Positions 8,995 to 16,806 of a stretch of DNA of 56,392 bases are shown here, piece after piece; positions within the stretch are counted from its first letter, which is position 1; every line of letters begins with the position of its first letter. The notes below the pieces were generated by a model. It saw only the letters and a list, made by a program, of their open reading frames with translations. It was not told the origin of the DNA and did not search any database. The stretch comes from Candidatus Pacearchaeota archaeon (GTDB lineage Archaea > Nanobdellota > Nanobdellia > Pacearchaeales > GW2011-AR1). Location: the NCBI GenBank assembly GCA_026414385.1, contig JAOAJC010000003.1, forward strand, positions 1-56,392. Reading direction: 5' to 3'. The translations under genes and the position numbers were made by a program.

Positions 8995-10602
8995 ATGAAT
9001 GAAAAACAACCTGTTTATATCTTGCCAGAAAATGTCTCAAGAACCTTAGGAAGAGATGCACAAAGAAACAACATTCTTGCTGCAAAAGTTGTTGCTGACA
9101 TCGTTAAAACAACTTTGGGCCCGAAGGGAATGGATAAGATGCTTGTTGATTCCACTGGCAATATAATCGTTACAAACGATGGAGTTACTATTTTAGAAGA
9201 AATGGAAATTGAACATCCTGCTGCTAAAATGATGGTAGAAGTTGCGAAAACTCAGGAAAGTGAAGTTGGAGATGGGACAACAACTGCTGCTGTTCTTGGC
9301 GGGAAGTTGTTGGAAAACGCAGAAAAGCTACTTGATAGAAAGATTCATCCAACAATTATAGTAAAAGGTTATAAGATGGCTGAGGAGAAAGCACTTGAAA
9401 TATTAAACGAAGTTGCAATTTTGCTTGATAATAAAAAAATCTTAAAACAGATTGCAATGACTGCAATGACTGGGAAGGGGGCAGAAGAACATAGAGATAA
9501 GTTGTCTGATTTAATTATTGGTGCTGTTGATGCTATTGCAACAGGGAAAGAAATAAACATAGATGCGATAAAAATTCAAAAAATAAAAGGTGATGGAATA
9601 AAAGAGAGTGAATTAATTCAAGGTATTGTGATTGATAAGGAAAGAGCAAATAATGCGATGCCTTCTTTGGTAAAGGAAGCAAAAATATTATTGACAGATG
9701 TCGCACTTGAAATAAGAAATCCTGAAACAGAGGCGAAGATATCAGTTTCAACACCAGAACAATTAGAAAGTTTTATTTTATCTGAAGAAAAATATCTAAA
9801 AGATATGACTGATAGAATAATAGCATCTGGGGCTAATGTTGTATTCTGCCAAAAAGGAATTGATGATGTTGCACAATATTACCTTGCGAAAGCAGGCATA
9901 TTTGCAGTTAGGAGGGTGCCGAGAAGTGATATGGAAAAAATAGCAAGCGCGACTTCGGGGAAAATAATTTCAAATTTAAGAGAAATTTCTATTGAAGATT
10001 TTGGTTATGCAGAGGTGGTTGAAGAGGTAAAAAAAGGCGGCGAGACATTGACTTACATAAAAGGATGTAAAAATCCGAAAGCAGTTAGCATTATTATCAG
10101 AGGTGGAACATCTCACGTGTTGGATGAAATAGAGAGAGCAATAAAAGATGGATTGGGCGATGTTGTTTCTGCGATAAATTCTGGAAAGGTGGTTCCTGGT
10201 GGGGGAGCAATTGAAATAGAGATTGCAAAAAGATTGAGAGCTTATGCAAAAACAGTTGGTGGGAGAGAACAATTAGCTATTGAAGAATTTGCTAATTCAT
10301 TGGAAAGCATTCCGGAAGCATTGGCTGAAAATGCTGGATTGGATCCTATTGATAGCTTAGCTGAATTAAGAAAAAGGCATGAGGCAGGAAAGATAAACGA
10401 GGGTTTAAACTTATATGGAGGCAATGCAATAGAAGATAGTTTTGCAGCAGGCATTATTGAACCATTGAAAGTTAAGAAGCAAGCAATTTCTTCTGCGAGC
10501 GAATTTGCCACGATGATATTAAGAATTGATGATGTTTTAGTAAGCAGGGGTGCTGGAAAGAGCAGAATGCCCATGCCAAATCCTTATGAAGGAATGGACT
10601 AA
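8995..10602 (+). CDS. ths: Thermosome subunit (group II chaperonin)
   Basis: 535 aa with [26 protein letters not shown] and [10 protein letters not shown]. Confidence 0.96.
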   Translation: MNEKQPVYILPENVSRTLGRDAQRNNILAAKVVADIVKTTLGPKGMDKMLVDSTGNIIVTNDGVTILEEMEIEHPAAKMMVEVAKTQESEVGDGTTTAAVLGGKLLENAEKLLDRKIHPTIIVKGYKMAEEKALEILNEVAILLDNKKILKQIAMTAMTGKGAEEHRDKLSDLIIGAVDAIATGKEINIDAIKIQKIKGDGIKESELIQGIVIDKERANNAMPSLVKEAKILLTDVALEIRNPETEAKISVSTPEQLESFILSEEKYLKDMTDRIIASGANVVFCQKGIDDVAQYYLAKAGIFAVRRVPRSDMEKIASATSGKIISNLREISIEDFGYAEVVEEVKKGGETLTYIKGCKNPKAVSIIIRGGTSHVLDEIERAIKDGLGDVVSAINSGKVVPGGGAIEIEIAKRLRAYAKTVGGREQLAIEEFANSLESIPEALAENAGLDPIDSLAELRKRHEAGKINEGLNLYGGNAIEDSFAAGIIEPLKVKKQAISSASEFATMILRIDDVLVSRGAGKSRMPMPNPYEGMD

Positions 10603-10867
10603 TGAGATTTGGAATAAAAGGAAAGGTGCTTGAAATTTTATTAGAAGAGCATATGATATTAGTACAATTGACAGGGAACAATGCTTAATTTCAAAAGATA
10701 TTGAAATTTATCTTGGTAAATTAAATGATGGGCAACAATACAACATAAGGAAAGAACGTGGAAAGTTTATAATTGTAATTCAAAAAGGAGTATATTCAAT
10801 ACGAAGATTGGGGTATAAAGAAGAGGATTTGCCGATGGAATTTAATTTTACACTTGATAAAATATAA
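10602..10867 (+). pseudogene. Frame-disrupted small gene: a 28-codon ATG ORF (10602-10688) continuing in the -1 frame as a 77-codon open frame (10634-10867) with no start codon
   Basis: [28 protein letters not shown] overlaps ...CLISKDIEIYLGKLNDGQQYNIRKERGKFIIVIQKGVYSIRRLGYKEEDLPMEFNFTLDKI*. The second frame has no ATG/GTG/TTG near its 5' end. Confidence 0.35.
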
Positions 10868-10946
10868 AGGAAAAACCAAATAAATCTATGATGATGTTAT
10901 TTAATAAACACACAATTTAAATAACTTAATCTTTTAGCAATTATGT

Positions 10947-11030
10947 GCGGTCATAGTTTAGTGGTAGAACGCGAGATTGCCAATAAAAAGCAAGAATTTC
11001 GAGATCCGGGTTCGATTCCCGGTGACCGCA
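10947..11030 (+). tRNA. tRNA-Gly (GCC) with a 13-nt intron (10983-10995) at 37/38
   Basis: Acceptor stem GCGGTCA/TGACCGC with discriminator A. Anticodon stem CGAGA/TTTCG (includes one G-U). Loop TTGCCA. Central BHB helix TTGC(10977-80)/GCAA(10990-93) flanked by 3-nt bulges CAA and GAA. T arm CCGGG-TTCGATT-CCCGG. TTTAAATA at 10916-10923. Confidence 0.85.
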
Positions 11031-11091
11031 TTTATCTTTTAAATTATTAGTAAATAATATAAATGATATTTTTGTAATGGGCTTATAGATG

Positions 11092-11162
11092 GGCCCCATA
11101 GTTCAGTGGCAAAACACATCGTTTACACCGATGAGTCCGCAGTTCGATTCTGCGTGGGGCCA
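11092..11162 (+). tRNA. tRNA-Val (UAC), no intron
   Basis: Acceptor stem GGCCCCA/TGGGGCC with discriminator A. Anticodon stem CATCG/CGATG with loop TTTACAC. T arm CGCAG-TTCGATT-CTGCG. Confidence 0.88.
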
Positions 11163-11206
11163 TGTTGCTTTTTATAATACAAATCTGATGAAAAAAATTA
11201 ATTAGA

Positions 11207-11214
11207 TTTAAAAA
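11207..11214 (+). promoter_or_regulatory. TATA box TTTAAAAA
   Basis: Starts 29 nt upstream of ATG 11236. Confidence 0.5.
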
Positions 11215-11235
11215 TGCTGAATTTATAATACAATT

Positions 11236-13047
11236 ATGAATGGGAAGAAAGAAAAGAATTCTGAAAAAGATGAAAAATTAGAAAACAAACAATATGAGCA
11301 AAAACAAATAACAACATTGCCTGAAAGCGTAAAAGTTGATGAGGAGCAAATTAAGAAGTTTGAAAAATTAAAACAGAAAATTGAGGATTTTAAAAAAGCA
11401 GTTATAGAGGACTATCCTTTTGTAATGTCTATTGGGATTTTGCCACCAAATGCATCTGCATTATTTGAGGAAGACGAAGCATTGCCGAGAGAAGTTATTG
11501 AGACAAAACCTGCTCATATAATGATTATTATTCCAGAAGAACATTTTAAAGACATTCCTGAAATAAAACCAAAAATTATTAAATTAATTAAAGAAACTAA
11601 CGAAAACTTTTGGATTCACATTAAAACCCCTGTCGATTTGTGGAATTATGGATTAGATAGCAAGTTCGAATTTTTAGATGCTATCTCTGCGAGTTATTCT
11701 GTTTTTGATAATGGGTTTTTAGGAGCACTAAGGGTTGCTAACATACACAAATCATTATTATTGAGAAAATTTGAGAAATATGTTACCTCTTATGTTATTG
11801 CTGGAAGCCTTGTTAGAGGAACTGCTGGAAAAGATTCTGATGTTGATGTTTTTGTTGTAATAGATGATACTGATGTAAAGAGAATGCCAAGATTAGAATT
11901 GCTTGATAAATTAAAAGGAATAATTTATGATTATATAAGAGAAGCAACGATATTAGCAGGAGTAAAAAACATATTATCCCCACAAGTTTATTTATTAACT
12001 GATTTTTGGCAATCTGTAAAAGACGCTCATCCTGTTATTTTTACTTTTATTAGAGATGGAATCCCATTATATGACAGAGGAACATTTATTCCTTGGAAGT
12101 TGCTTTTGAAGATGGGAAGAATAAAACCTTCTCCAGAAGCGATTGATTTATATATGAAAGAAGGAGATAGAACAGAAGAAATTGTTAAGAGAAGATTAAT
12201 TGACGCAATGATTGATATTTATTATGGGGTTTTAACGCCATCACAGGCATTAATAATGCTTTATGGAATGGCGCCTCCGATACATAAAGAAACGCCAAAA
12301 ATATTTGACGAGATTTTTAGAAAAAAAGAAAAACTTGTTGAAAAGAAATATGTTGACATTTTAGAAAAAGCAGTACGGTTGTTTAAGGAATATGAACACG
12401 GAAAATTGAAAGAAATATCTGGAAAAGAAATTGATAAATTAATGCAAGAGTGTAAGGATTATAATGATATGTTAAAAAAATTAAGGGAGAAAATTGAAAA
12501 AAGAGTTTATGAAAAGAGCGCAAAAGAAATTTATGAAGAGATATTCAAGCTGTTAAAAACGTTCTTTGGAAACAAATCTGAAAAAGCATTAATAAAAGAT
12601 TTTGAAGACAAACTAATAAAGAAAGGAAAGATTGAACAAAGATTTTTGAAAATCATAAAGAAGTGGGTTGAAATAGAAAAAGAAAGTAAAAAAGGAAAGA
12701 TTGAATTGAAAGACGTGGATGTTATTAAGAAAGAGGCAATTGAACTCATTAATAGCTTGACAGAATATGCGCAAAGAGCAGATTTGATATGCACTGAAAA
12801 AGGAACAATAATGCAAATAATTTATGGCGCGAATAGAAAGGCAGAGTTAGTTTTAACAGGGACAGATAATTTTTTGGTTGAAGGAAAAAGCATAAAGAAA
12901 ATTGGAAAAGAAAGATTAATTGATTCAAATAAAGACGAATTGGAAAAAGCATTAGCGGAAAGCAAGGGAAAGATGAGCATTAAAATCTCTGGAGAGTTAT
13001 TTAATATTTTAGAGAGAGAACTTGGAAAGTTTGAGGTGGTGATTTAG
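11236..13047 (+). CDS. Nucleotidyltransferase (Pol-beta/MNT fold) protein with a helical HEPN-like domain and a long K/E-rich coiled-coil tail
   Basis: GSLVRGTAGKDSDVDVFVVIDD. The central ~200 aa are paralogous to ORF 20411..21250 (GRIKPSPEAI vs GRIKPTPEAV). Confidence 0.75.
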   Translation: MNGKKEKNSEKDEKLENKQYEQKQITTLPESVKVDEEQIKKFEKLKQKIEDFKKAVIEDYPFVMSIGILPPNASALFEEDEALPREVIETKPAHIMIIIPEEHFKDIPEIKPKIIKLIKETNENFWIHIKTPVDLWNYGLDSKFEFLDAISASYSVFDNGFLGALRVANIHKSLLLRKFEKYVTSYVIAGSLVRGTAGKDSDVDVFVVIDDTDVKRMPRLELLDKLKGIIYDYIREATILAGVKNILSPQVYLLTDFWQSVKDAHPVIFTFIRDGIPLYDRGTFIPWKLLLKMGRIKPSPEAIDLYMKEGDRTEEIVKRRLIDAMIDIYYGVLTPSQALIMLYGMAPPIHKETPKIFDEIFRKKEKLVEKKYVDILEKAVRLFKEYEHGKLKEISGKEIDKLMQECKDYNDMLKKLREKIEKRVYEKSAKEIYEEIFKLLKTFFGNKSEKALIKDFEDKLIKKGKIEQRFLKIIKKWVEIEKESKKGKIELKDVDVIKKEAIELINSLTEYAQRADLICTEKGTIMQIIYGANRKAELVLTGTDNFLVEGKSIKKIGKERLIDSNKDELEKALAESKGKMSIKISGELFNILERELGKFEVVI

Positions 13048-13136
13048 TTTATTAAACATAAAAATTAGAATAGCATTATAACTTAAAAAAGAAAGTTTTT
13101 AGATTATAATAATCCGATAAAAGAAAGAAGTAAGGA

Positions 13137-13144
13137 TTTAAAAA
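13137..13144 (+). promoter_or_regulatory. TATA box TTTAAAAA
   Basis: Starts 30 nt upstream of ATG 13167 (L35Ae-L10e pair). Confidence 0.45.
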
Positions 13145-13166
13145 CCCATATTAATAGAGAATAATC

Positions 13167-13421
13167 ATGAAAGGAATTGTTGTTCAGTTTAGGAGAAGCA
13201 GGCATAGAATAAAGGAAAGACATTATTTATTAGACATAGGACTAAAAACAAGAGAAGAAGCAAAAAAATTGATAGGCAAGATTGTTGAGTGGAAGAGTCC
13301 TGCTGGAAAAGTAATAAAGGGAAAAATAAGCGATGCTCATGGAAATAAAGGACTTGTTAGAGCAATCTTTGAATCAGGATTGCCTGGACAAGCGATAACA
13401 ACCGAGGTGGAGGTTAAATAA
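13167..13421 (+). CDS. rpl35ae: 50S ribosomal protein L35Ae (eL33)
   Basis: 84 aa with WKSPAGKVIKGKI..HGNKGLVRAIFESGLPGQA, the characteristic L35Ae core. Confidence 0.88.
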   Translation: MKGIVVQFRRSRHRIKERHYLLDIGLKTREEAKKLIGKIVEWKSPAGKVIKGKISDAHGNKGLVRAIFESGLPGQAITTEVEVK

Positions 13422-13422
13422 A

Positions 13423-13956
13423 ATGGCATTAAGAAAAGCATCTGCGTATTCAAAAAAATATGCGAGGCCGTTTACAAGAATTTCAAGAAGAAAAGATAAA
13501 GCTTATATTAAAACAGTTCCGTATTCAAAGATTGTTAAATTTAATTTTGGGAATTTGGAAGATTATAGAAATAATAAGCACAAATTTATAGTAAAGCTTA
13601 TAACAGAAGAAGATGTGCAAATAAGAGATAATGCACTTGAAGCAAGCAGGATGTTTTTGCATAAAGCTCTTGAGTCAGAGGTTCCTGGACAATATTTCTT
13701 TTCTGTAAAAGTGCAACCACACCACTTTTTAAGGGATAATAAAACTGCGACAGGTGCCGGGGCAGACAGAACATCTACAGGAATGAGTCATTCTTATGGG
13801 ATTGTGGTTGGAAGAGCAGCACTAGTTCCAAAAGGCAAAGAAATCTTAATGGTTTCTTGTTTAAATGAAAAATGCGTGAGAGTTGCGAGAGAAGCACTAT
13901 CATCTATAAAGGCAAAAATACCTTCAAGAACAAAAGTGGTTTTTGAACAAAAATAA
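13423..13956 (+). CDS. rpl10e: 50S ribosomal protein L10e (uL16)
   Basis: MALRKASAYSKKYARPFTRISRRKDKAYIK... Starts 1 nt after the L35Ae stop. Confidence 0.93.
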   Translation: MALRKASAYSKKYARPFTRISRRKDKAYIKTVPYSKIVKFNFGNLEDYRNNKHKFIVKLITEEDVQIRDNALEASRMFLHKALESEVPGQYFFSVKVQPHHFLRDNKTATGAGADRTSTGMSHSYGIVVGRAALVPKGKEILMVSCLNEKCVRVAREALSSIKAKIPSRTKVVFEQK

Positions 13957-14020
13957 TTTGAATATTTATATTTGATTATAAGAGAGAAAAATATTTATAG
14001 TCGGATTGGATTAGAATAAT

Positions 14021-14224
14021 ATGAATAAGACATGGGTTATAATTGGTTGGACATTAATTATCATTGGTATAATTTTTATGCTTAATTCGTATCCGAATTT
14101 AACTGGAATGGTAATTAATGAGAACATAACTGGGAATGCAAGCGCATTGTTTGGTTTGGCAGGCATGATATCTGGAATTTTAGTTATTGTTCTTGCTAGA
14201 AAAAGAGAAAATTTGTTAACTTGA
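14021..14224 (+). CDS. Small two-TM membrane protein (paralog of 15613..15768)
   Basis: LIIIGIIFMLNSYPNLTGM in this ORF matches LIIVGIVLLINSFSITGF in 15613..15768. TTTATAGT lies 27 nt upstream. Confidence 0.55.
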   Translation: MNKTWVIIGWTLIIIGIIFMLNSYPNLTGMVINENITGNASALFGLAGMISGILVIVLARKRENLLT

Positions 14225-14406
14225 GTTTGCCATAAATAGCAATTATTTTTAGCATGATTCTATATTGATTTCGTGTTTGTAAAATGATTAATGAAATAAT
14301 ATAATGTCTTTTTTATATGGGAGAAGAATTAAGCGGTTGTTTTTTTATTAAAGAACATTAATATTTAATTGATAAAGTTTATTAATGAATCTTGAATTTT
14401 TAATTT

Positions 14407-15573
14407 ATGAGATATGTTTTTATTTTGGGGAGAAATCCGATTTTATCAGAAGCTGAAATATTGTCTTGTTTTGAGAGAGATGGCATAAAATGGATGAGCC
14501 ATAAATTAAAAAGTAATGCATTATTTGTTGAGATTGATAGAAAAATTGATTTAAAAAAGACGATGAGTTTTCTTGGCGGAACAATTGCAATTGGAGAGGT
14601 TTTGTTTTCTGGAAAAAAAGAAGAGATTATTAAAATGATTATGGAAAAACCAATTTATTTTGAGAAGAAAAACAAACTTATTTATTCTGCATTAAATTAT
14701 TTAGATAATGAAAATGATTTTGGTTTGGTTCTTAATTCAATAAAGAAAAATTTTGCAAATGAGGGATTGAAGGCAAGATACAAAGGAGTGAGCGGGACGA
14801 TTAAGTTACAAAATGGAAAAATAGTGGGGGGAAGTCCTGAAAAAATATCATTGAGGGATAAAGTTTATTTTATTTTTTCAAATGAAAAAGAGTGGAATTT
14901 TGGCATTTTGAAAGAAAGTTATGATTATAAAGAAATAGAAAAGAGAGATATGAAAAAGCCGTATAGGAGAGAGGAACTTGCAATTTCTCCAAGATTGGCA
15001 AGGATAATGATTAATTTGGCACAAATAAAAGAAAATGAGACTTTGGTTGATGCTTTTTGTGGGGTAGGTATCATTTTAGGAGAAGCATTATTGCGAGGAA
15101 TAAATGTTATTGGTATAGATATTGATAATAGCGCTATCAAAAAAGCAAAGGCAAACATAGCATGGTTGAAAAGCAATTATAAGATAAAAGCGAGTGATAA
15201 ACTAATTAATGATGATTCAAGAAATGTTAGAATTGAAGAGTTTGATGCAATGGTTTCTGAACCTTTTTTAGGAGAGTTGCTTACAAAAATACCGAATGAA
15301 GAAAGAGCAAAACAGATAATTGATAGATTTGAGAAGTTAATTATAAGCGTTTTGAAAAATTTAAAAAACAAATTAAGAAATAAAGGAAAAATAGTTTTTA
15401 GCGCACCGTTAATAAAAATACAAAAAGGCAGGGTGGGTTGTAATGTTGGAAAAATTGAAAGAGAAACAGGATTAAAATTATATGCTATTGAAAATTCTTG
15501 CATTAAATTTCCAATTAAAGAATTTAGAGAAGAGCAGATTGTTGGAAGAGAGATTTATGTGGTTAGTGAATAA
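14407..15573 (+). CDS. Class I SAM-dependent RNA methyltransferase, Trm11/TrmG10-like (putative tRNA guanine-N2 methyltransferase)
   Basis: SAM-binding motif LVDAFCGVGIILGEAL, motif IV-like VSEPFLG, and an N-terminal ~170-aa putative RNA-binding domain. Confidence 0.55.
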   Translation: MRYVFILGRNPILSEAEILSCFERDGIKWMSHKLKSNALFVEIDRKIDLKKTMSFLGGTIAIGEVLFSGKKEEIIKMIMEKPIYFEKKNKLIYSALNYLDNENDFGLVLNSIKKNFANEGLKARYKGVSGTIKLQNGKIVGGSPEKISLRDKVYFIFSNEKEWNFGILKESYDYKEIEKRDMKKPYRREELAISPRLARIMINLAQIKENETLVDAFCGVGIILGEALLRGINVIGIDIDNSAIKKAKANIAWLKSNYKIKASDKLINDDSRNVRIEEFDAMVSEPFLGELLTKIPNEERAKQIIDRFEKLIISVLKNLKNKLRNKGKIVFSAPLIKIQKGRVGCNVGKIERETGLKLYAIENSCIKFPIKEFREEQIVGREIYVVSE

Positions 15574-15612
15574 AGTGGTAAGATTTTAATAGTCTGATTA
15601 ATATAATTATTA

Positions 15613-15768
15613 ATGAAATCAATGAAATGGATTGAATTGGTATTGATTATTGTAGGGATTGTATTATTAATAAACTCTTTTTCCATAACAGGTTTTAGTA
15701 TTTTGGAAGAATCTGGAAAGAAAGTACTCTCTATTATAGGGATTGTGCTTTTTGTGGTAGGGGTTTAA
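15613..15768 (+). CDS. Small two-TM membrane protein, 51 aa (unannotated; paralog of 14021..14224)
   Basis: ATG 15613 to TAA 15766-68: MKSMKWIELVLIIVGIVLLINSFSITGFSILEESGKKVLSIIGIVLFVVGV. TTTAATAG lies 28 nt upstream. The stop overlaps the next ATG (TAATG). Confidence 0.5.
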   Translation: MKSMKWIELVLIIVGIVLLINSFSITGFSILEESGKKVLSIIGIVLFVVGV

Positions 15769-16151
15769 TGATGGCATCAAGAGAAGAAAGACGCAGTCGA
15801 TTAGAAGAAGAATTAAAAGGAAATATGAGTGAAAAAGAGAAAATGAGGTTATTAATAGAGAAAGGATATAGGCGAGGTTTATTTGATACTACTGAAACTG
15901 CTCGCCTTTTGCAAGAGATTTTAGGCGAAATGACAGGGGGAACATATAAACCACATTTGAAATTAAGTGTAAGAACTGATAGTGGAATATACAGAATACC
16001 TGTGGGAGAAAATGATGAGGATTTAGCAAAAGCAATTTATTATAGAATTATCGCAAATGATCCAGGTTATAAAAGATGGTGTGAATTTCATTTTAAAGAA
16101 GGATCAACTAAACATCATTCCAAAGGATTAAAAGCAAGGAAAGCAAGTTAA
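15768..16151 (+). CDS. Hypothetical protein, 127 aa
   Basis: ATG ORF with no family recognised. Its 3' part is duplicated downstream (see 16174..16283). Confidence 0.55.
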   Translation: MMASREERRSRLEEELKGNMSEKEKMRLLIEKGYRRGLFDTTETARLLQEILGEMTGGTYKPHLKLSVRTDSGIYRIPVGENDEDLAKAIYYRIIANDPGYKRWCEFHFKEGSTKHHSKGLKARKAS

Positions 16152-16173
16152 CATTATTCTATAGAATCTTAGT

Positions 16174-16283
16174 ATTTAGCAAAAGCAATTTATTATAGGA
16201 TTATCGCAAATAATTTAGGTTATAAAAGAGGGGGTGAATTTCGTTTTAGTAGGAAAGAATTAACCAAGGACCATCTATTCTGA
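16174..16283 (+). pseudogene. Degenerate tandem copy of the 3' end of ORF 15768..16151
   Basis: 16174-16248 aligns base-for-base with 16021-16095 with a few substitutions. It encodes LAKAIYYRIIANNLGYKRGGEFRF versus LAKAIYYRIIANDPGYKRWCEFHF. There is no start codon and a stop lies just upstream. Confidence 0.6.
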
Positions 16284-16299
16284 AAATTTATAATAAAAT

Positions 16300-16665
16300 T
16301 TACAATATTTCTTCCAATTTACTAATGTGATTTTTTATCCTGCTGTTTTTTAAAATATCTGGATTTGTAGATATATACTTTCTTATTTCATTTGTGAGTT
16401 CTTTAACATATGCCTCGAGTTCTTTGATTGAAGAAATATCAAGCAATTCTCTTAATTTTTTATTAGCTAATTCATCATGAATTTTTTCTATCAACCCTAT
16501 CTGCCCTGCACAATAATCCTTTAATCTCACCATATATTCGGCATCGGACTCGCCTTTTTTTCTATTAGAGTAAGTAAAATAATCAAGAGAAGATATTTGC
16601 CTTTTATACGGACTATCTTCGAATATTCCCTTTTTAGGATAAATTTTTGGTTTTTGGTATGCCAT
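16300..16665 (-). CDS. Hypothetical protein, 121 aa
   Basis: ATG ORF. TTTATACT (reverse complement of 16687-16694) starts 29 nt upstream. Confidence 0.55.
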   Translation of the reverse strand: MAYQKPKIYPKKGIFEDSPYKRQISSLDYFTYSNRKKGESDAEYMVRLKDYCAGQIGLIEKIHDELANKKLRELLDISSIKELEAYVKELTNEIRKYISTNPDILKNSRIKNHISKLEEIL

Positions 16666-16806
16666 ATTAATTTAACTAATCTTTGGAGTATAAAAATCTT
16701 TCTTTTTGTGTTTTTTTGCAGTAGTTACAATTATATAGTTTAGAAATAAGTTTTGTTATGGGGTTTAATAAATATATTTATTAACTCTTTTTGATTGTTA
16801 TATAAA

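Noticed and set aside
10634-10688. Programmed -1 ribosomal frameshift joining the two small frames after the thermosome gene
   Set aside because: No X_XXY_YYZ slippery heptamer in the zero frame and no obvious downstream stimulatory hairpin. A pseudogene or an indel error is the simpler explanation.
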